Shown: positions 51,759 through 62,622, counted from the first letter of the stretch. The stretch is 64,000 bases of DNA from Candidatus Falkowbacteria bacterium RIFOXYD12_FULL_34_57 (GCA_001780285.1 MFGN01000007.1:7346-71345), one strand, 5' to 3'. Numbers and translations: made by a program. The notes: generated by a model not told the origin, from the sequence alone.

Positions 51759-52991
51759 TTATTTTTTATTTTTTAGTTCTTCTATTTCTTTTTTTAATTC
51801 TACCATCCTTATTTCTCTTCCTACTGCCAGCTTGTTGAAATTTTCCAATTCTTCAATTTTTTTATTTAGTTCCCGGGTGCGTTCTTTTATTTTGTTTTCC
51901 AGGTTTTTGCTGTATTTTTCCAGTTTTTCATTGGATTCTTTTAAATTTTTAGCCATTTGGTTGAATGTTTGGGCGAGTTCGCCTATTTCATCTTTGGATT
52001 TTATGTCGATTTCAGTATCCAGTTTTCCAGAACCGAATTTACTCGCGGCATTTTTTAAGTATTTAATGGGGTCTGTAATCTTTTTTGTTAAAAATAAATT
52101 AATGATTATAAGCAGAAAGACAATTACCAGGTTTATAAAGGTTATAGTTTGCCCTAATTTTTTTGTGATAGCAAGCGCTTCAGTCTCATCAATTTCAGCC
52201 AGAAGACAAACATCTCGCCCTGGAATCCATTTGTAAATTCCAAGAACCGAAACATTTTTATAGTTTTTATACTTGCCATAGTTATTTTTCCCGCTTATAC
52301 ACTCTTTGATAGCGGGGGTGTATATTGTTTTTCCCAAAAATTTTTCCTCATTTTGCAGAGGTTTTGTGAAAATAATATTGATTTTATTAACTAAATATGT
52401 TTTTCCGGTTTCTCCAAGCCCCGATCTTTCCAGCATAATATCCGAAATACTTTCCAAGTTTACTCGGCCGACTATAATACTAATTAGGTTTTGATTTGCA
52501 TCTTTGACGGGCGTGGAAATAATCATTGTTGGCTTTTGCGTAGAAGGTGAATAATAAAAATCTTGGACAAAAGTTTCATTTTTACCTTTTGTAAAATAAT
52601 TTTTATCATTTTTTATTTTCCACTTTTGTGTTTGGTCTGTAGAAAAAATAATTTTACCACTCGGGTCTAAAATAAATATTTCAGAAAAATTATTATTAAA
52701 CAAATTTATTTTATTTTTTAATATTTCTTCAACATACTCATTGTTTGTCCAGTTTGTTTTTAATAATTCATAGAAAAGAATGTCGCCACGCATAAACTCT
52801 ATGTCTTTAATGCGCTCTTTTACAAGGTTGCGCAATTGATTTTCTTTAATCGTTGCCACGCTTTCAAGTTGCGCCTTAGTTCTTTCTTCAATCGCCCCAA
52901 TACTTAAATTTAAAAAAATTAACGCGCTGATAATAATCACCACTACACTGATTAATGTAAAAACAATGTTTAATTTATATTTTATTTTCAT
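51759..52991 (-). CDS. Membrane sensor protein: TM - Cache-like domain - TM - HAMP - coiled coil, with no kinase or other output domain
   Basis: Two TM helices flank a ~260-aa extracytoplasmic domain. HAMP region (DPIKYLKNAASKFGSGKLDTEIDIKSKDEIGELAQTFNQMAKNL). Ends ...FNKLAVGREIRMVELKKEIEELKNKK. Confidence 0.7.
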   Translation of the reverse strand: MKIKYKLNIVFTLISVVVIIISALIFLNLSIGAIEERTKAQLESVATIKENQLRNLVKERIKDIEFMRGDILFYELLKTNWTNNEYVEEILKNKINLFNNNFSEIFILDPSGKIIFSTDQTQKWKIKNDKNYFTKGKNETFVQDFYYSPSTQKPTMIISTPVKDANQNLISIIVGRVNLESISDIMLERSGLGETGKTYLVNKINIIFTKPLQNEEKFLGKTIYTPAIKECISGKNNYGKYKNYKNVSVLGIYKWIPGRDVCLLAEIDETEALAITKKLGQTITFINLVIVFLLIIINLFLTKKITDPIKYLKNAASKFGSGKLDTEIDIKSKDEIGELAQTFNQMAKNLKESNEKLEKYSKNLENKIKERTRELNKKIEELENFNKLAVGREIRMVELKKEIEELKNKK

Positions 52992-53015
52992 ATTCTACTT
53001 GAGTTTTAATTTGGA

Positions 53016-54908
53016 TTATTGAATGAACTCGTTGGTAAAAATTTGATCAACATCAAATTCATTTTTTATTTCTCCGATAGCCTTTAAATCATCGTAGGTT
53101 GTTTGCCATTTTTCTTTGGTCATTCTGCCGATCTGGGTATTTTTTTCCGGGGCTATATATCTTATTGAATCTTTTAACATTTTTTCCTGATGAGTCGGGT
53201 TTAAACCCATATCATATTCAAACACAAAATTAGTAGATTCATTTGGATGAGATACGACATATTTCCATCCCTCCAGGCTTGCTTTCATGAATTTTTTCAC
53301 AAGTTCAGGATTTTTTTGAATGAATTCTTCGGTGGCAAAAATAATATTGTGGTATCCGTTAATGTTGTTGTCTTTGGGATATAGGGCATTTAATTCTAAA
53401 TTATTATTTTGAGCGTCTATAAGTTCATTAAAAGATACTCCGGTCAAGACATCTACAGCAGGGTCTGTAAGGGATTTGATGCCGTATTTTTTTGGAATAA
53501 AATTAACAGAAGAGAAGTCAATATTATTTTTTGTAAGCATCATCTTGACGCTTTCTATTCCCGTGTCAGAGCCGGCCAAGGTGATATTTTTAAAATCTTG
53601 CAGCGTTTTCATGTTTTTTTCTTTTAGAGAGATAAATACGGTCGGATCTTGTTGGTGGATAGCGGCGATGGCTTTGAGTTTTTTTCCTTCGCTTATTTTT
53701 TTAAGAAAATTAATGGCGGTACTTACACCAAAAGAACTTTCACCGGCTAAAATCTGATCTTCAACCGAAAGTCCGTATCCAGCAGAATGCAAGTTTACAT
53801 TTATCCCCTCTTGGTTATAAAACCCCATTTGATCCGCAGCATAAAAACCGGCGAATTGATTTTGATGCAGCCATGAAAGCCTGACTGATACTTTTTGTTT
53901 ATTTTTTATATTATATATTTTATTTAAAAATTCCATAGTATAGGCATTTTCCGGTCTGATAGGCTTTTTTAATATTTCTTGGTCAAAAAGTGTTCTTTGC
54001 ACCCCTTCCCACTGTTTGGCATCCATCCATCCCAGGGGACTATCGCCCGTATAAATCAAGGGAATGGATGTTTCTAGCATATATTTTTGGTGTTCTCTTG
54101 AGCTGTTTACAGCATATTTTAAAATCATATCTATTGTCTCTTCCTGATTTTCAATAGCAAATTGCCATCCATCAAGTGTAGCTCTGACGAATTTTTCAAC
54201 CAAATCTGGTTTTTTATTAATAATGTCCTCCGTGGTAAATAAGACATCGGCGTACATATTAACACCATAATCAGCCATTAGGATAGTGTTTACTTTTTGA
54301 CCAGCCTCAACTACTTGGTGCGGTTCATTAATGATGTAGCCGGTAGATATATCTGTTTTGCCAGCCAAAAGCTCCGAAGCGTCATAGCCAATCGTAATTT
54401 CGTTTATTTTTTCTCTATTAATTCCGAGTCTGGACATCATGGCAGAATAAAGAATACCGATATTTACTTCCGTGCCGTCGCTGGCCCGCTCTATGCCGAT
54501 TGTTTTTCCCAAAAAGTCCTGAGGTTTTGTAATATTGCTGTTTTGCAGTGAATAAGCGCAGACCGGATTAGTTTTGTATATTACCGCTAAAGCTTTAATC
54601 GGCAGACCCTTTTCACGTGCGAGCATCAATTCATCCGCTCCGGTAATACCAAATTCGGCTTTTCCGGAAACCACAGCTTCAATAGTTGGGCTCTCAAAAG
54701 AAAAAGGCTCAAGTGTTGTATTTAGACCATATTTTTCGTAAATTCCTTTTTCTTTGGCGGCATAATTTCCAGCAAATTGAGCTTGGTGCAGCCATTTAAG
54801 TTTCAATGTTACATTCTCTAATTTGGGTGATTTTTTTTGCAGCGCGCATCCGGAAATTATAGAGATAATTGTAATAATCAACCCTAGAAAAAATATTTTT
54901 TTTGGCAT
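53016..54908 (-). CDS. Lipoprotein with two tandem NMT1/THI5-like (SsuA/TauA-type) substrate-binding domains
   Basis: Lipobox IISGCA. Duplicated LKWLHQAQFAGNYAAKEKGIYEKYGLN / LSWLHQNQFAGFYAADQMGFYNQEGIN modules. Confidence 0.7.
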   Translation of the reverse strand: MPKKIFFLGLIITIISIISGCALQKKSPKLENVTLKLKWLHQAQFAGNYAAKEKGIYEKYGLNTTLEPFSFESPTIEAVVSGKAEFGITGADELMLAREKGLPIKALAVIYKTNPVCAYSLQNSNITKPQDFLGKTIGIERASDGTEVNIGILYSAMMSRLGINREKINEITIGYDASELLAGKTDISTGYIINEPHQVVEAGQKVNTILMADYGVNMYADVLFTTEDIINKKPDLVEKFVRATLDGWQFAIENQEETIDMILKYAVNSSREHQKYMLETSIPLIYTGDSPLGWMDAKQWEGVQRTLFDQEILKKPIRPENAYTMEFLNKIYNIKNKQKVSVRLSWLHQNQFAGFYAADQMGFYNQEGINVNLHSAGYGLSVEDQILAGESSFGVSTAINFLKKISEGKKLKAIAAIHQQDPTVFISLKEKNMKTLQDFKNITLAGSDTGIESVKMMLTKNNIDFSSVNFIPKKYGIKSLTDPAVDVLTGVSFNELIDAQNNNLELNALYPKDNNINGYHNIIFATEEFIQKNPELVKKFMKASLEGWKYVVSHPNESTNFVFEYDMGLNPTHQEKMLKDSIRYIAPEKNTQIGRMTKEKWQTTYDDLKAIGEIKNEFDVDQIFTNEFIQ

Positions 54909-55105
54909 AAATTTTATTTATTAATTTTTTAATTGATTTGATTTTATTTAATTATAGCATTATTTTTTAAAAAAGATAAATTTTAATTTTGTTTTTATGT
55001 CTTGGTTGACTTTTTTGTCTGCTACATGGTAATCTTTATGAAATTATCTGGCCTTTTACAATACAATATTATAATATAACCAGTGACACAAAAGGAGAAT
55101 TTGTC

Positions 55106-57130
55106 ATGAGAAAATTGTTAAGATTTAGCTTGGTTGGTTTTTTTGTTTGTTTTTTTATTTTTTTAGGATGCAAAGAAGATGAAATTGTTTCTTCTCAGAA
55201 AGAAGATATTGCCCCTATTCTATATTATACGCAAGTTAGTATAAAGAAAGAAAATTACAGAATTTTTAAAGAAATTATCGAATCTTTAAATGATTATCAT
55301 TATGTAAAAAAAGAAATAAATGAAAATTTTTCAAAAGATGTTTTGGAGGAATATTTAAAAGGCTTGGATTTTTCCAAAACCAGCTTTTTTTCGTTTGATA
55401 TTGCCGAGTTTAGAAAACACAATTTTTCTTTAAAAAAAGATACAGACAATGATGTTGATTATGCGTATCAAATATATAACCTTTTTCAACTCAGGAAGCT
55501 GGAAAGAATTTTTTATGCACTAAATAGGCTGGAAGACGGGTTTGCGCAGTTGGATTTAGAAACAGACGAACAGCTTGAAACAGATTTTAGTAAAATAGAT
55601 TGGCCGGCCGGCGAGCTTGAACGCAGAGAGCTTTGGCGGAAAATTTTGAAAAACGAATATCTACAGCTGCATTTATCCGGCAAGACGGATGATGAAATAA
55701 AGAGGCGGCTTATCCGCAAATATCAAAACGAATTGAAGCGATTAAAACAGACAACAAGTGATGATGTTTTTAGTATGTTTACTAACTCTATCTGCGCCCT
55801 GTACGATCCGCATACTCAGTATATGTCGCCCATGGTTAAAGAGAATTTTGATATTAGCATGAAACTATCTTTATGTGGGATAGGGGCGATACTTAAAGAT
55901 GAAGATGGGTACATAGAAATAGTATCTTTGATTCCTGACAGTCCGGCCGATAAATCAAAAGAGCTTTTTCCCGGAGACAGGATAGTTGGCGTGGGACAGG
56001 GCGAGAAAGGCGAGATTGTAAATGTTGTCGAAGCGGACATTAGAGATGTTGTGCAAATGGTTAAAGGAGAAAAGGATACCGTTGTCCGCCTGGAGATTAT
56101 TCCGGTTAAATCTAAAAACAATCAACAAACAAAAATAATCAGCATTAAAAGAGACGAGGTGCAGCTCAAAGAACAGGCCGCGCAAAAAAGCATAAAAATA
56201 ATAAAGCAAAACGGCAAAGATTATAAAATCGGGATTATTACTATCCCCTCGTTTTATATGGATTTTAATGCTTATACCAAGGGAGAATCCGACTATCGAT
56301 CTGTAAGCAGGGATGTAAAAGAAATTCTTGAAGATTTTCAAAAGGAAAATATTGACGGCGTAATCGTGGACATTCGAGGAAATGGCGGCGGAGCTTTAAA
56401 TGAAGCAGTGGACTTAACCGATTTATTTATTGCCAATGGTTCGGTTGTGCAGGTTAAAATGTTTAATCATGATGTTAAATGTTTTAAGACTTCAGATGTA
56501 GGTAATATTATTTATGGCGGACCACTGCTTTTAATGGTAGATGTTGATAGTGCTTCAGCTTCAGAAATATTTGCCGGAGCCATTCAGGATTATGGCAGAG
56601 GAATTATTGTCGGATCTTCTACTTTCGGTAAAGGAACTGTGCAAGAGTTAAGTCCGCTTATTCAGGGGGTTTTAAAGATTACTATAGCTAAGTTTTACAG
56701 GGTTTCCGGTGAGAGTACTCAATACAAGGGGGTTATTCCTGATATAGAGTTTCCAAATATTTTTCAGGGAAGCGAAATGGGGGAAAAAAGTTTGCCCTAC
56801 GCGCTTCCTTATGACACCATCAAGCCTACTGATTTTAAAAAATATACTGATTTAAGCAGCTTAATTTCAAATTTAAAAGAGTATTCTAGAAAAAGAACAG
56901 AAACAGACGCGGACTTTATCGCCCTTGATAAAGAAATTAAGCATCTTGATAAAAGTCAAAGTACTTTAATTTCCCTGAAAGAATCAACAAGAAAAGCGGA
57001 AGTAGGGGCAGATCAGGCAAAAAAATCTGAATTTGATGGTTCTAAACAAGAAGAGTCGGGACAAGAGAAAAAAGACCCCTTTTTAAGGGAAAGCATTAAC
57101 ATAATAATTGATATGATTATATCAAAATGA
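55106..57130 (+). CDS. S41-family C-terminal processing protease (Tsp/Prc-like) with PDZ domain
   Basis: Lipobox-like FIFLGC. PDZ region (GDRIVGVGQ...). VDIRGNGGG and SASASEIFAGAIQDYGRGIIVG..TFGKGTVQ. Confidence 0.85.
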   Translation: MRKLLRFSLVGFFVCFFIFLGCKEDEIVSSQKEDIAPILYYTQVSIKKENYRIFKEIIESLNDYHYVKKEINENFSKDVLEEYLKGLDFSKTSFFSFDIAEFRKHNFSLKKDTDNDVDYAYQIYNLFQLRKLERIFYALNRLEDGFAQLDLETDEQLETDFSKIDWPAGELERRELWRKILKNEYLQLHLSGKTDDEIKRRLIRKYQNELKRLKQTTSDDVFSMFTNSICALYDPHTQYMSPMVKENFDISMKLSLCGIGAILKDEDGYIEIVSLIPDSPADKSKELFPGDRIVGVGQGEKGEIVNVVEADIRDVVQMVKGEKDTVVRLEIIPVKSKNNQQTKIISIKRDEVQLKEQAAQKSIKIIKQNGKDYKIGIITIPSFYMDFNAYTKGESDYRSVSRDVKEILEDFQKENIDGVIVDIRGNGGGALNEAVDLTDLFIANGSVVQVKMFNHDVKCFKTSDVGNIIYGGPLLLMVDVDSASASEIFAGAIQDYGRGIIVGSSTFGKGTVQELSPLIQGVLKITIAKFYRVSGESTQYKGVIPDIEFPNIFQGSEMGEKSLPYALPYDTIKPTDFKKYTDLSSLISNLKEYSRKRTETDADFIALDKEIKHLDKSQSTLISLKESTRKAEVGADQAKKSEFDGSKQEESGQEKKDPFLRESINIIIDMIISK

Positions 57131-57143
57131 TTATCTAAAAATA

Positions 57144-57169
57144 AAAGAGATAAAAATATCTCTTTTTTT
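57144..57169 (+). terminator. Rho-independent terminator after the S41 protease gene
   Basis: AAAGAGATA / loop AAAA / TATCTCTTT plus T-tract. Confidence 0.75.
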
Positions 57170-57177
57170 ATTTCCCC

Positions 57178-57206
57178 TTGACTTATTTTTCCTTTTTTGC
57201 TAAATT
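57178..57206 (+). promoter_or_regulatory. Sigma70-like promoter of the str operon (-35 TTGACT, 17 bp, -10 TAAATT)
   Basis: TTGACT at 57178-57183 and TAAATT at 57201-57206. Confidence 0.5.
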
Positions 57207-57222
57207 AAAAAAACAATAAGTA

Positions 57223-57246
57223 CATCCCATATTTGGGATGATTTTT
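57223..57246 (+). promoter_or_regulatory. Leader hairpin with short U-tract upstream of rpsL
   Basis: CATCCCA / loop TATT / TGGGATG (57223-57240), followed by ATTTTTG. Confidence 0.3.
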
Positions 57247-57293
57247 GTTGAACCATAATTTAATAATAATCAATAAAATTAGTATATAAAATT

Positions 57294-57713
57294 ATGCCAA
57301 CTACTAACCAATTAGTTCGAAAAGGAAGAAAACAAACTGCAAAAAAGAGTAAATATCCAGCTTTGCAGATTACTTTTGATTCACTTCATAGGAAAAAAAC
57401 AGAATTAAGAAAAGGAGCTCCGTTTAAAAGGGGGGTGTGCCTAAAAGTAACCACCACCACACCTAAAAAGCCTAACTCTGCGCTTCGAAAAATTGCACGT
57501 GTCAGATTGTCAAATGGCATGGAAGTTACTGCCTATATTCCAGGAATGGGACATAATCTACAAGAACACTCAATTGTTTTAATAAAAGCAGGAAGAACTT
57601 CTGATTTACCGGGTGTTCGTTATAAGGTTATTCGCGGAGTATATGATGCTCAAGGTGTAGAGGGAAGAAAGCAGTCAAGAAGTTCTTATGGGGCCAAGAA
57701 AGAGAAGAAATAA
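57294..57713 (+). CDS. rpsL: 30S ribosomal protein S12
   Basis: [12 protein letters not shown]...[33 protein letters not shown]. Confidence 0.97.
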   Translation: MPTTNQLVRKGRKQTAKKSKYPALQITFDSLHRKKTELRKGAPFKRGVCLKVTTTTPKKPNSALRKIARVRLSNGMEVTAYIPGMGHNLQEHSIVLIKAGRTSDLPGVRYKVIRGVYDAQGVEGRKQSRSSYGAKKEKK

Positions 57714-57730
57714 ATAATAAAATAATCTGT

Positions 57731-57830
57731 TGTTATTCTGAGGAGTGATAGCGACGAAGAATCCCGTCAAATTGGATTCTATTGTTATCAACGAGGTTTT
57801 TCACTATGTTTATATTACGCTCAGAATGAC
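57731..57830 (+). promoter_or_regulatory. Structured region in the 213-nt rpsL-rpsG spacer (candidate S7 translational operator)
   Basis: TGTTATTCTGAG (57731-57742) pairs with CTCAGAATGACA (57820-57831), 12 bp with one mismatch. It encloses a GAATCC/GGATTC hairpin (~57759-57779). Confidence 0.3.
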
Positions 57831-57926
57831 ATTTGAGATTTAAAATTAAAATTAACTAAGATATTAGCGGGTTTGTGAATTTCCAGCGAGTTTATTCGTT
57901 GAGTGGTAATAAATCTGCAAAAAATT

Positions 57927-58394
57927 ATGAGAGGAAAACAAGCAATAAAAAGAAAAATAGAGGGAGATATCAGATATAATGACACTGATATTGCTAAATT
58001 TATTAATTACATTATGAAGGATGGAAAAAAAACCATAGCTCAAAAAGTTGTTTATGGTGCCTTTGATATTATAAAAGAAAAAACCAAGCAGGATCCGCGT
58101 CATATTTTTAATAAAGCTTTAAAAAGAATATCACCGCTTTTGGAGGTAAGGGGAAGAAGGGTTGGAGGAGCAAATTACCAAATTCCTTATCAGGTTCGTG
58201 GGGATAGGCGTTTTACCATGGGTTGCAGATGGCTGATTGAAGCAGCAAAAGACAAAAAAGGAAAACCTATGAGTGACAGGTTGGCAAGTGAAATTTTAGC
58301 AGCCTCAGAAGGAGAAGGGGCCGCTGTTAGAAAGAAAGAAACAGTACAAAAAATGGCAGAATCAAACAGAGCATTTGCTCATTTTGCAAGATAA
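57927..58394 (+). CDS. rpsG: 30S ribosomal protein S7
   Basis: MRGKQAIKRK...KFINYIMKDGKK..A..V...LEVR.RRVGGANYQIP. I trimmed the start from the listed 57903. Confidence 0.95.
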   Translation: MRGKQAIKRKIEGDIRYNDTDIAKFINYIMKDGKKTIAQKVVYGAFDIIKEKTKQDPRHIFNKALKRISPLLEVRGRRVGGANYQIPYQVRGDRRFTMGCRWLIEAAKDKKGKPMSDRLASEILAASEGEGAAVRKKETVQKMAESNRAFAHFAR

Positions 58395-58431
58395 ATTAAA
58401 TAAATAAATTCAAAACTAAACTTTAAATATT

Positions 58432-60510
58432 ATGTCTCGAGAATATTCATTGGAAAAAACAAGAAATATAGGCATTATGGCGCACATTGATGCCGGAAAA
58501 ACAACCTTTACCGAAAGAGTGCTTTTTTATACAGGAAAAAAACATAAAATTGGTGAAACTCACGACGGAGAAGCTGATATGGATTGGATGGAGCAGGAAA
58601 AAGAAAGGGGTATCACCATTACATCTGCCGCCACTACTGCTTTTTGGAAAAATCATCGTATTAATATCATTGATACTCCGGGACATGTTGATTTTACGGT
58701 AGAAGTGGAACGCTCGCTCCGGGTACTTGATGGTGCTATTGCTGTTTTTGACGGCGCAGCCGGAGTTGAACCTCAATCTGAAACTGTTTGGCGACAAGCT
58801 GAAAAATACAGAGTGCCTCGTCTTTGCTTTGTTAATAAAATGGATAAAATGGGCGGTGATTTCAACATGACTCTTGCGTCTATCCGAGATAGACTAGACA
58901 AAAAAGCGGTAGCTATTCAATATCCGATTGGAGCGGAAGATACTATGCGCGGAACCATTGATTTGGTTACCAGAAAAGCATATGAATTTCAAGGAAATTT
59001 TGGAGAAAAAATAATAGAAATAGATATTCCGGAAGAATTTAAAGAAAAAGTTGAGGCTCTAAGAAGTGAGATGGTGGAAATGGCAGCAGAGTGTGATGAT
59101 GATTTAATGGAAAAATATTTAGGAGGAGAGGAGTTGTCTGTGGAAGAATTAAAAAAAGCTATTAGGAAAGGAGTTTTGGCTTGCAAGCTATTTCCGGTTT
59201 TAGCCGGAACAGCACTGCAAAATATTGGTGTGCAACTAGCGCTTGATGCTGTAATTGATTATTTACCATCCCCCCTAGATACAAAACACATTGAGGCAAC
59301 CGACTCTAGGGATTTGGAAAAAAAGATTGAAATTAAAGCGGACGATAATGCCCCGTTTACAGGTTTGGCCTTTAAGATTGCAACCGATCCTTTTGTTGGA
59401 AAACTTTGTTTCGTTAGAATTTATAGCGGAGTTTTGCAGGCGGGTTCTTATGTATATAATGCTTCCAAGGGCAAGAGGGAAAGAATTGGAAGACTTGTCA
59501 GAATGCATGCAAATCACAGAGAAGAAGTAAAAGAAGTTTATTCTGGAGATATTGCTGCGATTATCGGACTCAAGGATACTATTACCGGAAATACTTTATG
59601 CGCTGAAGGAACCTCTGTGCTTTTAGAATCAATTATTTTTCCAGAACCGGTAATTAAAATTGCCGTAGAACCAAAAACAAAGCAGGATCAAGAAAAAATG
59701 GGATTTGCTCTGCAAAAACTTGCTGAAGAGGATCCGACATTTAGAGTGGAAACAGACGAGGAAAGTAATCAAACTTTGATTTCCGGAATGGGAGAGCTGC
59801 ATTTGGATATTATTGTTGATAGAATGAAAAGGGAATTTAAAGTAGAGGCAAACATTGGAAAACCGCAAGTGTCCTATAGAGAAACCATAAAGGGTACAGC
59901 TGAAGCTGAGGGTAAATATATTAAGCAATCAGGGGGACGCGGTCAATATGGTCATTGTTGGATTCGGGTTGAGCCTCAAGAAGAAGGCAAGGAAAGCGAG
60001 TTTGTGGATGAAATTAAAGGCGGAGTTGTTCCAAGGGAATATATTCCAGCAATTGAAAAAGGAGTTAATGAAGCCCTGCAACAGGGGGTTTTGGCCGGTT
60101 TTCCCATGGTTAATATAAAAACAGCTGTATATGATGGCTCCTACCATGAAGTTGATTCTTCTGAAAGTGCTTTTAAGATGGCGGCAATTTTTGGATTCAA
60201 AGACGCCTGTAAGAAAGCTAAGCCAGTATTACTTGAGCCGCTTATGAAAGTAGAGGTTATTACCCCGGAAGAATACATGGGAAATGTTGTGGGAGATTTG
60301 AATTCCAAAAGAGGACAAATTGAAAGAATGTCTGATCGCGGTAATTTAAAAATCATTGATGCAAAAGTGCCATTGGCTGAAATGTTTGGATACGCGACAG
60401 CTCTAAGATCCATGAGTCAGGGAAGAGCAAATTATTCTATGGAATTTTTGCAATACAGCGAAGCACCAAGAAATATAGCAGAAGAAGTAATCGGGGGAAA
60501 GGGTAAATAA
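58432..60510 (+). CDS. fusA: Elongation factor G
   Basis: [26 protein letters not shown], and the full 692-aa five-domain length. Confidence 0.97.
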   Translation: MSREYSLEKTRNIGIMAHIDAGKTTFTERVLFYTGKKHKIGETHDGEADMDWMEQEKERGITITSAATTAFWKNHRINIIDTPGHVDFTVEVERSLRVLDGAIAVFDGAAGVEPQSETVWRQAEKYRVPRLCFVNKMDKMGGDFNMTLASIRDRLDKKAVAIQYPIGAEDTMRGTIDLVTRKAYEFQGNFGEKIIEIDIPEEFKEKVEALRSEMVEMAAECDDDLMEKYLGGEELSVEELKKAIRKGVLACKLFPVLAGTALQNIGVQLALDAVIDYLPSPLDTKHIEATDSRDLEKKIEIKADDNAPFTGLAFKIATDPFVGKLCFVRIYSGVLQAGSYVYNASKGKRERIGRLVRMHANHREEVKEVYSGDIAAIIGLKDTITGNTLCAEGTSVLLESIIFPEPVIKIAVEPKTKQDQEKMGFALQKLAEEDPTFRVETDEESNQTLISGMGELHLDIIVDRMKREFKVEANIGKPQVSYRETIKGTAEAEGKYIKQSGGRGQYGHCWIRVEPQEEGKESEFVDEIKGGVVPREYIPAIEKGVNEALQQGVLAGFPMVNIKTAVYDGSYHEVDSSESAFKMAAIFGFKDACKKAKPVLLEPLMKVEVITPEEYMGNVVGDLNSKRGQIERMSDRGNLKIIDAKVPLAEMFGYATALRSMSQGRANYSMEFLQYSEAPRNIAEEVIGGKGK

Positions 60511-60520
60511 ATTAAATTTT

Positions 60521-60883
60521 ATGAGAGATCAATTAAAAAAAGCAATAAAATTAGCCAAAAAGACTGGGGATAAGATCATGGTATTTGATTCCCCTGAGTC
60601 AGAAGATGCATATATTATAATGCCTTTTGAAGATTATGAAAAAATGGTGGAAATAGAGACGAATTCTAGGGGCTTGACAGAAATTGAATTAATTGATAAG
60701 ATAAATCGCGATATCGCCATATGGAAAAGTGAACAGGATTTAAATGAAGAATATGCTTTGCCCACAACACATAATACAGTATTCCCAAAACATATTTCAG
60801 AGGTAATAAAGGAAAAACAAAAGAAGAGTGGGTGGAACATTCCATCACAAAGAAAAGAAAAAGCTGCAGAAATAGAAGAGTAA
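60521..60883 (+). CDS. Hypothetical acidic protein (120 aa) inserted between fusA and tuf
   Basis: Starts 10 nt after the fusA stop. No family recognised. Confidence 0.5.
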   Translation: MRDQLKKAIKLAKKTGDKIMVFDSPESEDAYIIMPFEDYEKMVEIETNSRGLTEIELIDKINRDIAIWKSEQDLNEEYALPTTHNTVFPKHISEVIKEKQKKSGWNIPSQRKEKAAEIEE

Positions 60884-61010
60884 AGAATAATAAGTATTTG
60901 TTTATATATTTATAACAATTAATTAATAAAAATTTAATTTTTCGGCTGGTTGTTCTTTAAGGACAAGTAACCTCGAAATATAAAATTCGGGGGCCGTACA
61001 TTCTAATTAC

Positions 61011-62198
61011 ATGGCAGAAAAATTTGAACGTACAAAACCTCATGTAAACGTTGGTACTATTGGCCACGTTGATCATGGAAAAACAACCCTTACAGCGGCT
61101 ATTTTAAAAGTTGCAGCTGTTAAAGGACTAAAGGCATCTGCAAAAGATTTTGATCAAATCGATGCTGCGCCAGAAGAAAGAGAGCGTGGTATTACAATTG
61201 CTACTGCTCACGTTGAATATGAGTCAGAGAAACGGCACTACGCCCATGTAGATTGTCCGGGTCATGCTGATTATGTAAAAAATATGATTACCGGTGCTGC
61301 CCAAATGGACGGTGCTATTTTGGTAGTCGCCGCAACTGACGGACCCATGCCTCAAACCAGAGAGCATATTTTGCTTGCAAATCAGGTTGGTGTGAAAAAT
61401 ATAGTTGTGTTTTTAAATAAATGTGACATGGTGGAAGATGCTGAATTAATTGATTTAGTGGAAGAAGAAATTAGGGATTTGTTAACTAAGTATGAATTTG
61501 ATGGGGCAAATACTAGAATTATTAGAGGTTCCGCCCTTAAAGCCTTGGAAGCCCCAGAAGGTGATGCTGGACAAGCAATTATGGAATTATTAAAGGCTCT
61601 TGATGAAACTATTCCAGAACCAAAAAGAGATATAGAAAAACCATATTTAATGCCCATTGAAGATGTGTTTTCAATTGAGGGTCGTGGAACAGTGGTTACT
61701 GGAAGAATTGAAAGAGGTGTTATAAAAATTGGTGAAGAAATAGAAATCGTTGGTTTAAAAGAAACTAAAAAAAGTGTTGTGACCGGAATTGAGATGTTTA
61801 ATAAACAGCTTGATGAAGGCCGAGCAGGAGACAATGCGGGAATTTTGTTACGCGGAACCAAAAAAGACGAAGTAGAAAGAGGTCAAGTTTTATGTAAGCC
61901 CGGCACTGTAAATCCTCACACAGAATTTGAAGGAGAGATATACATACTTTCCAAAGAAGAGGGTGGAAGACATAAGCCATTTTTCAAGGGATACAAACCT
62001 CAATTTTATATTAGAACAACCGATGTTACTGGTGAAATTGAATTACCCGAAGGATCAGAAATGGTTATGCCTGGAGATACTGTAAATTTAAAAGTAAAAT
62101 TGATTAGTCCGATTGCTTTGGAAGAGAAGATGAAATTTGCTATTCGTGAAGGTGGAAGAACAGTTGGCGCTGGTGTGGTTACTAAGATTTTTAAATAA
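61011..62198 (+). CDS. tuf: Elongation factor Tu
   Basis: [38 protein letters not shown]. Confidence 0.98.
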   Translation: MAEKFERTKPHVNVGTIGHVDHGKTTLTAAILKVAAVKGLKASAKDFDQIDAAPEERERGITIATAHVEYESEKRHYAHVDCPGHADYVKNMITGAAQMDGAILVVAATDGPMPQTREHILLANQVGVKNIVVFLNKCDMVEDAELIDLVEEEIRDLLTKYEFDGANTRIIRGSALKALEAPEGDAGQAIMELLKALDETIPEPKRDIEKPYLMPIEDVFSIEGRGTVVTGRIERGVIKIGEEIEIVGLKETKKSVVTGIEMFNKQLDEGRAGDNAGILLRGTKKDEVERGQVLCKPGTVNPHTEFEGEIYILSKEEGGRHKPFFKGYKPQFYIRTTDVTGEIELPEGSEMVMPGDTVNLKVKLISPIALEEKMKFAIREGGRTVGAGVVTKIFK

Positions 62199-62206
62199 AT
62201 ATTTAG

Positions 62207-62230
62207 CCCTGTCGTTCGTGAACGACGGGG
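62207..62230 (+). other. GC-rich stem-loop after tuf (weak terminator or processing site)
   Basis: CCCTGTCGTT / loop CGTG / AACGACGGGG (10 bp including one G-U). Only a short U-rich tail (TTGT) follows. Confidence 0.4.
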
Positions 62231-62262
62231 TTGTAATGTATATTTAAATAATTATAAATAAA

Positions 62263-62622
62263 ATGACAGAAAACAAAAGTACAAATACAGAAAAACAAGT
62301 GAAATCCGAAGACGAGTTCAAGCAGAAAATTCGTATCAAGATTAAAGCTTTTGATCACAAGATTATTGATCAATCAACAAAAACTATTATTGACACCGCT
62401 CATCGTAGTGGAGCTCAGGTTTTTGGACCAATTCCGCTTCCTACTGCCAAAAAGAAGTATACCGTTAATAGGTCAACTTTTGTACACAAAGATGCGCGTG
62501 ATCAATATGAAATGAGAATACACAAGAGATTGATTGATATCATTGAGCCATCAGCTAAAACCATTGAGGATTTAACCACATTAACCCTGCCCGCTGGTGT
62601 AGATGTAGAGATAAAAATGTAA
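62263..62622 (+). CDS. rpsJ: 30S ribosomal protein S10 with a ~17-aa N-terminal extension
   Basis: [18 protein letters not shown]...[31 protein letters not shown]. No in-frame Met nearer the conserved core. Confidence 0.93.
   Translation: MTENKSTNTEKQVKSEDEFKQKIRIKIKAFDHKIIDQSTKTIIDTAHRSGAQVFGPIPLPTAKKKYTVNRSTFVHKDARDQYEMRIHKRLIDIIEPSAKTIEDLTTLTLPAGVDVEIKM

Noticed and set aside
51724-52236. 170-aa plus-strand ORF antisense to the Cache-HAMP gene
   Set aside because: It is a Ser/Phe/Leu-rich low-complexity translation of the antisense of a K/E/N-rich gene. It begins inside the bidirectional terminator. The minus-strand gene has clear TM/Cache/HAMP logic.
4046-57926. N-terminally extended start codons in the ORF track (4046, 12273, 23973, 26167, 28851, 31932, 41404, 43385, 50772, 57903)
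   Set aside because: The extensions precede the conserved N-termini of recognisable families (REC MRILIVEDE, prepilin leaders, ABC subunits, S7). They run into upstream genes or terminators, or use TTG where a downstream ATG gives canonical stop/start coupling. I moved the starts downstream.
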